Origin: Eledone cirrhosa
Lineage: Eukaryota
Length of the DNA: 64,000 bases
NCBI GenBank assembly: GCA_964016885.1
Contig: OZ024750.1
Span: 29,326,001-29,390,000 of the forward strand
Direction of reading: 5' to 3'
In this document: positions 24,418-37,947 of the stretch, in pieces
How the letters are laid out: each line of letters starts with the position of its first letter
How positions within the stretch are numbered: position 1 is the stretch's first letter
The notes under the pieces: generated by a model
Seen by the model: the letters and a program-made list of their open reading frames with translations, nothing else
What the model was told of the DNA's origin: nothing
Database searches by the model: none
Translations under genes and position numbers: made by a program

Positions 24418-27400
24418 TATACTTATGTATAAGCCAAGAAATATGATACAAAAAACGATTATAAAATGGGAGTGGGTGGTATTATATTTGAGGTCAATAT
24501 TTTGCTGATTTTTCACCAACATCAACATCTATGTAAAAACATGTTATCAAAATATCTGTAGTGATACATACAGATACTTCCAGTAATTTTCACAGTTAAA
24601 ATGACAATATTTTAACAAAGTAAATAAACAATGTTGCCTTGCAAATTGTGAAGTGTGAGTGTATTTGAAATTCATTGATAAAATTATTCTAACAACTTTT
24701 ATCATATGCATAATGTACACAGTTGGAAAATATATTTGCAGAATATACAATTTTTTATGGAAGATATGAGGAAACAAATTGAGGTGGGGTGAGTGGTTGT
24801 CAATACACTGTAGTTATACACACACACACAGTTTAAATATAGTGAAACATTGACACACAGTCATACATTTATAATCATAATGTGATACATCCAGGTAACT
24901 CAAGCTCCACTCTAGTCTGGGAGTTGGGTACCCAGGTATTCATACTCCACTCTTCTGCATATTAAATACCATTTAAGCAAAATGTCCCTTTAAACAAGCT
25001 TCCCTATCTACCTAACATAGAGCTGTGTCAGGAAGAGAGGTGTCTCTACCCACCTAACATATACCTGTGTCAGGGCTACTCCACCTACCTAACAGAGCTG
25101 TGTCAGGACTTTCCTACCCACAAAACATACATCTGTGTCAGGGAGGGGGTTTTCCCTACCCACCTGACAGACAGCTCGGTCAGGGCTTCCCTACCTACAT
25201 GACATACAACTTGGTCAGGGCTTCCCCACACATCTAGAGTACAGCTCTGTTAGGGCTTCCCTACCCACATGTCAGCTACCCATATTCCAGTCATCTTCAT
25301 ATTAACACTTAACATTGAACTGTATATAATTAATATATTTAAATATAAACAAAATTAATTCGGATATTGAGTTTTGATATGCGAGTGTATTAGAATTCTT
25401 AAGAAAATGGAAAAAGCTCTGCATTAAGGAAGCTGTTAAAACAGCAAAATGCTGTTGAAACAGCATTGGGTAAAACATTACCTCAAAGAACAGAAATCAG
25501 TGTCCTTTGAGGTAATAAATAATAATTGTTTCTACTTTTGGCACAAGGCCAGCAATTACCCAGTGCATTACTGGTACTTTATTTTATCGACCCCGTAAGG
25601 ATGAAAGGCAAAGTTAACCTTGACGAGATTTGAACTCAGATAGTAAATAATAATTGTCTCTACTTTTGGCACAAGGCCAGCAATTACCCAGTGCATTACT
25701 GGTACTTTATTTTATCGACCCCGTAAGGATGAAAGGCAAAGTTAACCTTGACGGGATTTGAACTCAGATAGTAAATAATAATTGTTTCTACATTTGGCAC
25801 AAGGCCAGCAAATACCCAGTACATTACTGGTACTCAGATAGTAAATAATAATGATGAAATTATTGTGCTCAGGTACACTACACTGTTTTTACCCAACACC
25901 GTTTCGATGGCATTTTGCTGTTTTAACAGCTTCCTTAACGCACAGTTTTTTTCATTTTCCTACGAATATTTAAATATACTTGAGAACAGATTGTTATGAA
26001 AATTTGCAGTTTTTAAAATGATGCTGTTACCCTGCTGTTTTGTACTTTTGTATATGGTAATGTGGCTTTATGGGGTACAGGACGTTGAGTTAAATATCTG
26101 AGTTAAATATCCCTTTTGATACCAAACCATCTGAAACTGTCCTGGATTTATCATACAAAACTGCTCATTAAAATTTTTTTTTCCTTATATTAAAGCCTTT
26201 TATCAATTTTATTATTAGAAATATTTAAAAATAAGTATCAGCTTACTAATGCAAAACTTACCATATATACTCATGTATAAGCCGACCCTCCCTTCATATC
26301 TGAGAATTTATAAAAATTCTAAACCTCGTGTATAAGCTAATTGATGCATTATGTTTAGATGCTGAGTTTTGTACCTACTCGAATACTTGGGTACCTGACA
26401 ACAAGACCAGAGTGGAGATTGAGTTACCTGAGTACCTGACAACAAGACCAGAGTGGAGATTGAGTTACCTGTGTACTTGACAACAGGACCTGAGCGAATC
26501 ACAAGTACTTGGGTATGTATGACACCCAGTCTAGACTTCAACATACCTAACAGAAAAAGTATCTAGGAAGCTGTTTTTTTTTCTTGAATGACATCTAAAA
26601 TAGTGATGAGTGAAGTGACACTGGGTGATGTAGGGGTCACCAAGTTTAGCATGTGTAATGAAGGGTTGCTGTAGAAAGCTAATAATCTCACCACACTCTA
26701 CCTACCTGTTTAATGATGTCTAGTATAGTGATGAGGGGTGAGGGAGGGGGTTGACATGAGGGGCTGGTGAAGCGAGGGGGTTAACAACAACCTATAGTAA
26801 ACTATGGGGGTGGTGGAGTGTGATGTTCTGATATTGTTGAATGTTAATAGTGTTGAAAATCACAGGTGTTGATGGCCAGGTCAGCTGCTCTCATTTAACA
26901 GACCTATTTATTATCAAAGGCATTCCACCTGTAAATAGGGTTTACTACAGGTATGACCTGGTTTCTCAGTCACAGCCAGGGTGTATGCACATGCACAAAC
27001 ATACACACACACATATATATATGTATATATACATATATATATAAACACACATATATATATATATAAACACACACACCTTTGTAAGGAGATTTAAAATGTG
27101 ACAATTCCAAATGCAAAAAATAACTAACAATAGTCAATCGCTACAGATAATAGCTGAGAAAATCAAGTAAAATAACCTTAGAGACAGAAAAAAAAGTGGA
27201 CAGAGGTGTCTACAAGAAATCGAACCCTGTATCGCTTGAATATCATGTGAGTATGTGTGTATGTGTTACCATAACACTAAGGGCAACTGAGATATATATA
27301 GGTTTACAAAGAGTTTCTGACACAATTTTATATATATATAACTTTTTTTCCTTAACATAAACCATCTCAGTTCATGAATGGCATCTCAAATAACAAACAC

Positions 27401-27579
27401 GCAAGCCAGCAACAAGTTGGGAGTATTGGCAGGAAAGCGTCACTTGCTGTTAGTTACTATGGTGATATTTATCTGTCTTTCACACACAGTCTCTCTCAAC
27501 ATTTTGTATAGTGAAAATAGTTTTGGTTTACGAATATTTTGGGTGACAAATGGCCTTTAGGAATGAATTAATTTCATGA

Positions 27580-28320
27580 ACCGAGGTTCCACAGGTAGAA
27601 ATTCCATTCTATGTCCCAAATGCAAGCAATGGGTACACAAGAGATGTAGTGGGATCTCAGGCAGACTAACAAAGAATGGAGGTTTTACAGGTTACAATCA
27701 CCTTCAAATGACCAGAGGGCTCGGTAGAAGTGGTAGATAGTTTCTGTTAACTGGGTGACCAAATCAGCAGTGTGGAAGGGTGTTCTGAAAGCACAGTAGC
27801 CAGAGTGAGATAGGGTTGGAGAAAGTTCAGAAGCTACTACTGCTGCCAACTACAAAAGATTTTTCCCTCAAAATGAAAGGCAGACTGTATAATGCCTGTA
27901 TATGAACAATGTTGTACAGCAGCGAGACTTGGGCACTGTGTGCTGATGACCTGTGACGAATGGAAAGAAATGAAGCTTCCATGCTTCAATGAATATGCAA
28001 TAACAATATACATAAAAGGCAAAGCATAAACGAAGTGCGTGAGACATTAGGCATCATAAGCGAGATCAGATGCTGCATGCAGGAGAGGAGATTGTATTGG
28101 TATGGACATGTGATGTGTAGGAGGGATGACAGCTGTATAAAAGGTACAGAGCGCTCAAAGTTGATGGTAGCCATGGAGTGGGCAGGCCTAGGAAGACTGG
28201 AGATGAGGTAATAAAAGCTGACCTTGCACAATTACACCTCACCAAGGCGATAACACAGGACCGTGACCTCTGGTGCCTTGCAGTACCATAGAAGACCCGT
28301 TGTCCCATATGCCCAAGCTG
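27580..28320 (+). mobile_element. Decayed RTE LINE 3' region
   Basis: Frameshifted IRCCMQERRLYWYGHV...GRPRKT motifs. Confidence 0.75.
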
Positions 28321-28745
28321 ACGAATATATCTAATAGGCAACACCTTCCTCTACTGTCTCCCCTCCCAATCATCTCCTTTGCTGTAATCCCCCATCCCTA
28401 TTACCTATGTCCTCAATTTCCCTAAGCTTATTCCCCCACTCTCCCAAGTCCCCATCCCACATCATGAAGTGGTCTCTCTGGAGCCATGACAAAAGTGCCT
28501 AGCCCACCCTATATAGTGGTCATGTATGTATGTGTCAAGACAAAAGTGCCCAGCCCACACTGTAAAGTGGTCATGTAAGCATCACAACAAAAAGCACCCA
28601 CCACAGTGTAAATGTGGTTGGCATTAGGAAGGGCATCCAGTTGCAGAAACCAAACTCTGCCCTGTGTGAGCAAAACATGATCCTCCAACCTGATCTCTCC
28701 CAAATGGACAGGCCATCCTACCCATGTTAACGTAGAAGATGGACA

Positions 28746-28966
28746 TTAACCCTTTAGCATTCACATTACTCTATATTATATTTTCATGGTAAAGGCTTTA
28801 CCTCGCATAATTATCTCACATAATATCGAATCTATGAGATTTTGAAAGTATTTATTTTGAGAATAATACCTTAACATCAGTTTGAGTGACCACTTACAGC
28901 CAGTTTCAACACTAAAAGGTAGAGAATTCTGGCCGGTTTTGGCCGGTTTGAACATTAAAGGGTTAA
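28746..28966. mobile_element. TTAA MITE copy nested in a SINE tail
   Basis: Same TIRs. It splits ggacattaa|atgatga. Confidence 0.85.
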
Positions 28967-29866
28967 ATGATGATACACACACACACACACACACATATCC
29001 ACTCTTCCATGTTGGCATGGGTTGGATGACAGTTTTCTGAAACAGTTTTTCTATGGCTAGATGTGATGTTTTTCCTGATACCCATACTTTTAAGAATGGT
29101 ATATATCACTGGATGTTCTGATGATGTGACTAACTGCTATGATACTGGATGTATCACTTATGAGGGTCATGCATGTTATTATGAAGGATCATACATGTCA
29201 CCACTTGCTCTTTCAACAGTACTCATATAAAGACATGAATACCAGCCCTGAGTAAAGCCAGACCTTTAAATTACAGGCACAATCTACCTGTACAGTTTCT
29301 GTTTACCTAGTTTCACTCACAAGACTTTGGTCTACCTGCAGCTGTGATAAAAGATATTTGACCAAAAATAACAGCAAAACCAAAATAATATATAAAAAAA
29401 GAACATACCCCCCCCCCCCCCCCCCCCCCCCCTCAAATCAGGTGGATTCTAAATTTCAGTGACTGCTTATTAATTTAAAGATTAAATAATTTGATAATCT
29501 GTTGAGAGCATGTAATATAATATAGTCTGTTTGTTATATATAATAAGGTAAGTTTCATGAAGATAAGTTTAATTAAGGAGAAAGCAGGGGGAAAGGAGTT
29601 TGTGAGAGAGTGGGGGGAGAGAAGAGAGAGAGGAGGAGGAGAGAGAGAAAAGAGTGTGTATTAAATATACTGCATATTTCTGCTCTAAGATTGATTTGAA
29701 TTTGCAACACACACACACACACATTGCTTTACCACTACTATCGTCAGCAAGTATTTCGCGCGCGTGCGTGCGTGCGTGCGTGTGTGTGTGCGTGTGTGCA
29801 TCATCATCACAGCTTAACGTCCATTTTCCACGCTAGTATGGGTTAGAGGAGTTGTCCTATTGTGAG

Positions 29867-30057
29867 CAGGACCGTCTTAACGCATGGGCACACTGGGCAG
29901 TTGCCCGGATGCCCCCACGAGGATAGGGGGGGGGGGGAATTTGTATTTTTATTCCTGCGAGTGGTTGTGTAGGTAGGGGCCCCAGTGCTCTGTCCCCCCC
30001 CCCGGGGGTGGGGGTGGGTGGGGGTGAGGGGGCTATAATTCTGTTAAGACGGCCCTG
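29867..30057. mobile_element. hAT-like MITE nested in a SINE
   Basis: TIR CAGG(A/G)CCGTCTTAAC. 8-bp TSD attgtgag/gttgtgag. Confidence 0.8.
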
Positions 30058-30295
30058 GTTGTGAGACAAACGATATCAGGAGACCGTGTCAGTCATGCTT
30101 ATATACATGTGTGTATGTGTGTGCTCCATCACCCCCACTATTGTCAGCAAGTATTTCATATATATATATATATATTTCTTCATAGAAGCGTTCATTCTTA
30201 TAGCTTGGTCTAATCGATTTTTTATATGGTTAATTATGTTAATTGGGAGAGGAAATGGTATATATTTTATCTGGTGATTCTATAGACATGTTTTA

Positions 30296-30341
<46 letters not shown>

Positions 30342-30540
30342 TGCTCTACCGCCACCAGACTATCATCCCACACTGTCGCTAGAACATTGTTATAAAGAAA
30401 ATGTAAATGCTTTATCTTGTAAGTGGGTTGAGAAGAACAATCCAGATAGAAAAATTATGACAAAATAGAGAAGAGGTTATTCATTTTCAGATAAGATTGT
30501 CCTCCAGGGCTAATCTGTACACCATCACCAACACCACCAC

Positions 30541-30541
30541 G

Positions 30542-30628
<87 letters not shown>

Positions 30629-30660
30629 GCTACCACTACTACTACTGTTGCTGCTACTAC
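30541..30660. repeat. (ACT)n microsatellite
   Basis: Direct inspection. Confidence 0.95.
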
Positions 30661-30747
30661 GTAAACTAACTTCTAGAGGAAGATTAAGATAATAACAAGA
30701 AAACATTAATATCTAGGTTAGGGCCCCACCCTTTCTTTCTGTTCAGC

Positions 30748-30942
30748 ATTGGTGGATTGGCAGTATCGGTAGAGGGTCGGACGCCATGCTTTGCAGCATA
30801 GAGTTACGGCCCTTTACGGACTGACTTCAAATCCCGCCGAGGTTAACTTTGCCTTTCATCCTTACGGGGGTCGATAAAATAAAGTACCAGTAATACACTG
30901 GGATAAATGCTGGCCTTGTGCCAAAAGTAGAAACAATTATTA
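30748..30942 (+). mobile_element. Near full-length family A SINE (others at 19885-20118 +, 23845-24025 -, 32400-32800 -, 37128-37307 +, 45010-45155 -, 51720-52350 -, 61855-62035 +)
   Basis: tggcagtatcggtagag A box, B box, core and acaattatta tail. Confidence 0.85.
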
Positions 30943-31105
30943 TACTGGGAAGATTCTAAAGCGAGCTTAAAATTGTGTTTTTAGGATATATATATATTAT
31001 ATGTATGTGTGTAATCAGTTACATTGTTGTAACTGATTATACGTAACTAACACGTCCTATAGACCGAGTGCACAAAAACCCTTGAATATCTATACTAAGT
31101 TTTAT

Positions 31106-31205
<100 letters not shown>

Positions 31206-31342
31206 GTATATGTAGGAGGTGAGTTTTATTGTAGTACAATAAAGCAATGCAATGCAGATATCGGATAAGAAGCACTCTACAATTTGTAGGACTGGAGTAT
31301 ACATAATATATAAGAACAAAAGATGGTTAAAAGAGTTCCATG

Positions 31343-31413
31343 TATTTTATTATGCGCATTTCAAAAACAAATATCATCATGCAATAATATTTGTGTTTTC
31401 ATCAGATAAAACA
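31343..31413 (-). ncRNA. Type I hammerhead ribozyme motif, canonical core
   Basis: Minus strand: TGTTTTAT-CTGATGA-AAAC ACAAATATTATT GCAT GATGATATTTGT TTTT-GAA-ATGCGCAT-A-ATAAAATA. 8-bp stem I, long stem II, palindromic stem III, AUA site. Confidence 0.8.
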
Positions 31414-31506
31414 GGAAGACATGATATGAAGGTTAAAAAACACTTGTGGATAGTGCAGTTTTAAATCAACATATCTATATATATATACACGTATATATAT
31501 ATATAT

Positions 31507-31727
31507 ATTAAAATAACATTAAAGTTTAAGCCAATAATCGCTGCTTTCACCCTTAACGGGATCTTCTGAAACTAACAAAGTCAATCTGTAAACGCAGAAG
31601 TGGATATTTAAAAAAACGTTGCAACCGGAGAAAGAACTGCGTTTACAGATTGACTTTGTTAGTTTCAGAAGATCCCGTTAAGGGTGAAAGCAGCGATTCT
31701 TTGCTTAAACTTTAATCTGCTACTTTA

Positions 31728-31773
<46 letters not shown>

Positions 31774-32030
31774 ATAATAATAATAAAATTGAAGACTAAA
31801 ATCCAAAGAGGGCTCGATAAGGAAAAATATATATCAAATATATAAGAACCGTAGAGCAAATATTTATTAAATAACAGATTAAAGTTTAAGCAAAGAATCG
31901 CTGCTTTCACCCTTAACGGGATCTTCTGAAACTACTGCGTTTACAGATTGACTTTGTTAGTTTCAGAAGATCCCGTTAAAGGTGAAAGCAGCGATTCTTT
32001 GCTTAAACTTTAATCTGTTATTTAATAAAT
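31507..32030. repeat. Two adjacent palindromes of the same roughly 90-bp unit, separated and flanked by (TA)n
   Basis: First palindrome: arms end at 31597 and start at 31637 (39-bp spacer). Second palindrome: about 31860-31934 versus 31958-32030. Confidence 0.9.
31661..31711 (+). ncRNA. Hammerhead-like motif with variant core CAGAAGA (further copies at 31523-31573 -, 31883-31933 -, 31959-32009 +)
   Basis: AGTTT-CAGAAGA-T CCC GTTAA GGG T-GAA-AGCA..TGCT-T-AAACT. All three stems present; position 4 is A instead of U. Confidence 0.6.
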
Positions 32031-33414
32031 ATATATATATATATATCCTGCTAGCATGCCAAGAGACCAGCATGACCAACAAGTTGTGATCTTACCTGGC
32101 TAGACTACTACCTGCTCTTGCCTGACAACTTTATTAGAGAAACCAAGAGTGAGAGAAAAAGGGGGGGGGACCAAGAGAGAGGGAGAGAGAGAGTGTAAAG
32201 TGACCACCCAAGTCAGTTATAGTAACAACTATAAAGACAACATGATGGGTGTGGTGGTGGTGGTGGAAAGAGATCGTTGCGTTTAATGTTTACGATGACA
32301 GTAATTATAGTGGTAGAGGCGGTGGGTATGTCAACTCAAGGTAAAGAAAGAAGGAAATAGTCCTGACACAGTTGTAGTTTTTGTAGATGTTTTCACTTAA
32401 TAATAATTGTTTCTACTTTTGGCACAAGGCCAGCAAATATACCAGTTCATTACTGGTACTTTATTTTATCGACCCTGTAAGGATGAAAGGCAAAGTTAAC
32501 CTCGGAGGGATTTGAACTCAGAATGGCAAGGGCCGTAACTCAATGCGTCAAAGCATGGCGCCCGACCCTCTACCGATACTGCCGATCCACCGCCCTTAAT
32601 AATAATAATAATGGTTTCTGATTTAGGCACAAGGCCAGCAATTTGAAGGGAAGGGAAAAGTCGATTAAATCGACACCAGTGCATTACTGGTACTTCATTT
32701 TATCGACCCCTTAAAGATGAAAGGTAAAGTTAACCTCGGTAGGATTTGAACTCTATGCTGCGAAACATGTCCGACGCTCTACTGATTTTGCCAATCTACC
32801 GGACACCACTAACGACCTAAACAGTAAGAAGCAGTGTAGTTTAGCCATTCCATACAACATTCATTTACTTTACAACAGATGTTTCTCAAAGTCGTAAACA
32901 AAAACCTTACACACAAACGTGTATGGTTGTCTGTCTCTCTCTCTATAAGTGTCTATGTCAACCTGACTGTCTATCTGAGTCTCTCTCTCTCTCTTTCTAT
33001 CTATCTGTCTATGTTTGTCTCTGATTCTCTCTCTCTCTCTGTATCTATCTATGTGTATGTCTATCTACGACGTCCCCGCCTTCATGAAGCTATCCGAAAC
33101 ATACAAAGTGCAAAGTAGTCCATTTTTTCATATTTACTCAGTGACAGTGAAATAATTGAATAGCACGACTGAAAAGATAAACAGCTACTCTATTATTACA
33201 ACTAATAATGAATAATACACTATGACCACCACTACCACTGATACGACTACTACTACCGCCATTACTACTACTACTACCACTACCACTACCACTACTACTA
33301 CTGCTACTACTACATGTAATATTGAAACATTTTCATATTCTAATTACACTGTAAACAAAATCTCAGGTGTGTTTATAACTGAGGGACTTTAGAAAATATA
33401 TTGTTGACACTGGT

Positions 33415-34185
33415 TAACTGTGGAAGTTTAGAGATATATTAACTGTGGAAGTTTAGAGATATATTGTTTACTGTGGAAGTTCAGAGATATATTGTTTACT
33501 GTGGAAGTTCAGAGATATATTGTTTACTGTGGAAGTTCAGAGATATATTGTTTACTGTGGAAGTTCAGAGATATATTGTTTACTGTGGAAGTTCAGAGAT
33601 ATATTGTTTACTGTGGAAGTTCAGAGATATATTGTTTACTGTGGAAGTTCAGAGATATATTGTTTACTGTTGAAGTTTAGAGATATATTGTTTACTGTGG
33701 AAGTTCAGAGATATATTGTTTACTGTGGAAGTTCAGAGATATATTGTTTACTGTGGAAGTTTAGAGATATATTGTTTACTGTGGAAGTTCAGAGATATAT
33801 TGTTTACTGTGGAAGTTCAGAGATATATTGTTTACTGTGGAAGTTTAGAGAAATATTGTTTACTGTGGAAGTTCAGAGATATATTGTTTACTGTTTAAGT
33901 TCAGTGAAATATTGTTTACTGTGGAAGTTTAGAGAAATATTGTTTACTGTGGAAGTTCAGAGATATATTGTTTACTGTGGAAGTTCAGAGATATATTGTT
34001 TACTGTGGAAGTTTAGAGAAATATTGTTTACTGTGGAAGTTCAGAGATATATTGTTTATTGTGGAAGTTCAGAGATACATTGTTTACTGTGGAAGTTCAG
34101 AGATATATTGTTTACTGTTGTTTACTGTGGAAGTTTAAAGAAATATTGTTAACTGTGGAAGTTTAGAAAATATATTGTTTACTGT
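33415..34185. repeat. 28-bp minisatellite, about 27 copies
   Basis: Unit tgtttactgtggaagttcagagatatat. Confidence 0.95.
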
Positions 34186-35030
34186 TTTCTATAATTATAG
34201 TCGGCAAATTGGCAGTCATTAGAAGATTGAATAGAATGCTTTGCAGTATTTGCTTCGTTTCTCTGCACTCCGAGTTCAAATCCCGCTGAAGTCAACTTTG
34301 TCTTTCATCCAACTGAGGTCAATAAAAAAAGTACCAGTGTAGAACTGGAGCTGATTCTTCCCCTGTATCTCTTCCTCACTTCCATTCTCTGGAAGAAATC
34401 TGCTGTATTCAGACCTGGAGAGGGAATGGGCTCCACCAGGTTTTAAAATGTTCCCCAGAAATGCCATTTGTCAATATGGCGCCCATTCAACTATCTCAGC
34501 AGTTACAGGACCATCCATCCATCCATCCATCCATCAGAATTATAATTATTATTATTGATATCATGAAAGGTTGGTTACTAGAGTTGGTCATTTGATTTTT
34601 GCTTCCCAATTAAAAATATTTCTCAATGGTTGATTATGGAAGAAGAGCAAGTCGGGACTTGTACTGACAACGAGAGAGAGAGAGAGTGTATGTGTGTGTG
34701 TGATCATCAGCAGCAGAGCATCATGTGTTTCAACAATATTGTATGTTACACACACTTCATAAGGTGTGTGTACCAACACTATTGTATATGTTAGACTTCA
34801 TAAGGATATGTGTGTGGTTCAACACTATTGTATATGTTACTGAACAGAGAAAAACGTTTTATTGATGTAAGTGAAACCAGGTCAATCATTGATGATGATA
34901 ATGATGATGGGCTCACACCTATGCATGTTTAGCTGGCCGTCTATGAGGTCAGATCTCATCGGAGGTTTTTTTGGGTGTTTTACTGTTAGGGGCTAGTCCT
35001 GATGAAAAGCAGCATGAAATGAGATGTCTC

Positions 35031-36987
35031 AGGACTTCAATCAACAACCTTATGATCCTGAGTTCAACACATTAACCAGTAGGTTAAGTCATTTGATCAG
35101 TGCATGGTATCAAGTCACAGTTGCTGCCTTACTCAGGGCTTGAACCTACCATTATATGATCCTAAGTTCAATACACTAACCAGTAGGTCAAGTCATTTGA
35201 TCAGTGCAGGTCTCAAGTCACAGTTGCTGCCTTACTCAGGACTTGAACCTACCATTATATGATCCTAAGTTCAATACACTAACCACTAGGTCAAGTCATT
35301 TGATCAGTGCAGGTCTCAAGTCACAGTTGCTGCCTTACTCAGGACTTGAACCTACCATTATATGATCCTAAGTTCAATACACTAACCACTAGGTCAAGTC
35401 ATTTGATCAGTGCAGGTCTCAAGTCACAGTTGCTGCCTTACTCAGGACTTGAACCTACCATTATATGATCCTAAGTTCAATACACTAACCACTAGGTCAA
35501 GTCATTTGATCAGTGCAGGTCTCAAGTCACAGTTGCTGCCTTACTCAGGACTTGAACCTACCATTATATGATCCTAAGTTCAATACACTAACCACTAGGT
35601 CAAGTCATTTGATCAGTGCAGGTCTCAAGTCACAGTTGCTGCCTTACTCAGGACTTGAACCTACGATTATATGATCCTAATTTCAATACACTAACCACTA
35701 GGTCAAGTCATTTGATCAGTGCAGGTCTCAAGTCACAGTTGCTGCCTTACTCAGGACTTGAACCTACCATTATATGATCCTAAGTTCAATACACTAACCA
35801 CTAGGTCAAGTCATTTGATCAGTGCATGGTCTCAAGTCAAAGTTGCTGCCTTACTCAGGACTTGAACCTACCATTATATGATCCTAAGTTCAATACACTA
35901 ACCACTAGGTTAAGTCATTTGATCAGTGCATGGTCTTAAGTCACAGTTGCTGCCTTACTCAGGACTTGAACCTACCATTATATGATCCTAAGTTCAATAC
36001 ACTAACCACTAGGTCAAGTCATTTGATCAGTGCATGGTCTTAAGTCACAGTTGCTACCTTACTCAGGACTTGAACCTACCATTATATGATCCTAAGTTCA
36101 ATACACTAACCACTAGGTCAAGTCATTTGATCAGTGCAGGTCTCAAGTCACAGTTGCTGCCTTACTCAGGACTTGAACCTACCATTATATGATCCTAAGT
36201 TCAATACACTAACCACTAGGTCAAGTCATTTGATCAGTGCAGGTCTCAAGTCACAGTTGCTGCCTTACTCAGGACTTGAACCTACCATTATATGATCCTA
36301 AGTTCAATACACTAACCACTAGGTCAAGTCATTTGATCAGTGCAGGTCTCAAGTCACAGTTGCTGCCTTACTCAGGACTTGAACCTACCATTATATGATC
36401 CTAAGTTCAATACACTAACCACTAGGTCAAGTCATTTGATCAGTGCAGGTCTCAAGTCACAGTTGCTGCCTTACTCAGGACTTGAACCTACCATTATATG
36501 ATCCTAAGTTCAATACACTAACCACTAGGTCAAGTCATTTGATCAGTGCAGGTCTCAAGTCACAGTTGCTGCCTTACTCAGGACTTGAACCTACCATTAT
36601 ATGATCCTAAGTTCAATACACTAACCACTAGGTCAAGTCATTTGATCAGTGCAGGTCTCAAGTCACAGTTGCTGCCTTACTCAGGACTTGAACCTACCAT
36701 TATATGATCCTAAGTTCAATACACTAACCACTAGGTCAAGTCATTTGATCAGTGCATGGTCTCAAGTCAAAGTTGCTGCCTTACTCAGGACTTGAACCTA
36801 CCATTATATGATCCTAAGTTCAATACACTAACCAGTAGGTTAAGTCATTTGATCAGTGCATGGTCTTAAGTCACAGTTGCTGCCTTACTCAGGACTTGAA
36901 CCTACCACCATATGATCCCGAGTTCGATACACTAACCACTAGGTCAACTCATTTGATCAGTGCAGGTCTCAAAGTCACAGTTGCTGT
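35031..36987 (-). repeat. 103-bp satellite, about 19 copies, each containing a tRNA-like SINE head
   Basis: Period measured at 35341/35444/35547. Each unit has minus-strand TAGTGGTTAG and GGTTCAAGTCC. Confidence 0.9.
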
Positions 36988-37706
36988 CTAACAAATGACA
37001 GCAAATGAAATAAATGGTGATCAATAAATACATATTTTATTTATGATCTCAGTGTTGATTGATAAATCAGGTTGAATCACTTGATTTCCCATAATCAGAA
37101 ATACTTCTGACTGACTGGTTATCATTTTGGCAGTATCGGTAGAGGGTTGGACGCCATGCTTTCTAGCATAGTTACATCCCTTTACAATCTGAGTTCAAAT
37201 CCCGCCGAGGTTAACTTTGCCTTTCATCCTTACGGGGTCGATAAAATAAAGTACCAGTAATGTACTGGGTAATTGCTGGCCTTGAGCCAAAACTAGAAAC
37301 AATTATTGATTAATTAGGAAGAGAAATTACTACTGATTGTGGAAAATAATGAAGAGGATGGATGGGGAGGTGGAGTGAAATTATACCAAAGAGGATGGGA
37401 TGAGGAGTGGAATTATACTGAAGAGGATGGGAGAGGGGAGTAAAATTATACTGAAGAGGATGGGAAGCGGAGTTAACTAGTGGTGGTGGAAAATACTGAA
37501 GAAGATGGGGAAAGTAAAATTATGGAATGTGACCATATGCTTTTTGGAAGTCCATGAACAGGCACCTATTGACAACACACCCACAATTTTTCAAAGACCT
37601 GCTGCAGAGTGAATGTTTGGGCAAAAACCATAATGTTATTCAGCTAGCTTAGACTCGATAATATCCCTACATCTCTATACCAGACACATAGCACAGACTT
37701 CACTAC

Positions 37707-37745
<39 letters not shown>

Positions 37746-37757
37746 GTGAAGTCTGTG

Positions 37758-37834
<77 letters not shown>

Positions 37835-37895
37835 CATACACAACAAATGAACTGAGGTTCCTTACAAGAATCTTCTAGTTTCTTGAGACCTATAT

Positions 37896-37947
<52 letters not shown>

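Noticed and set aside
33415-36987. CRISPR-like appearance of regular repeats
   Set aside because: Units are contiguous with no unique spacers, there are no cas genes, and the DNA is eukaryotic.
35031-36987. tRNA gene array
   Set aside because: A and B boxes are present, but no convincing acceptor stem or cloverleaf. The sequence continues into a SINE body.
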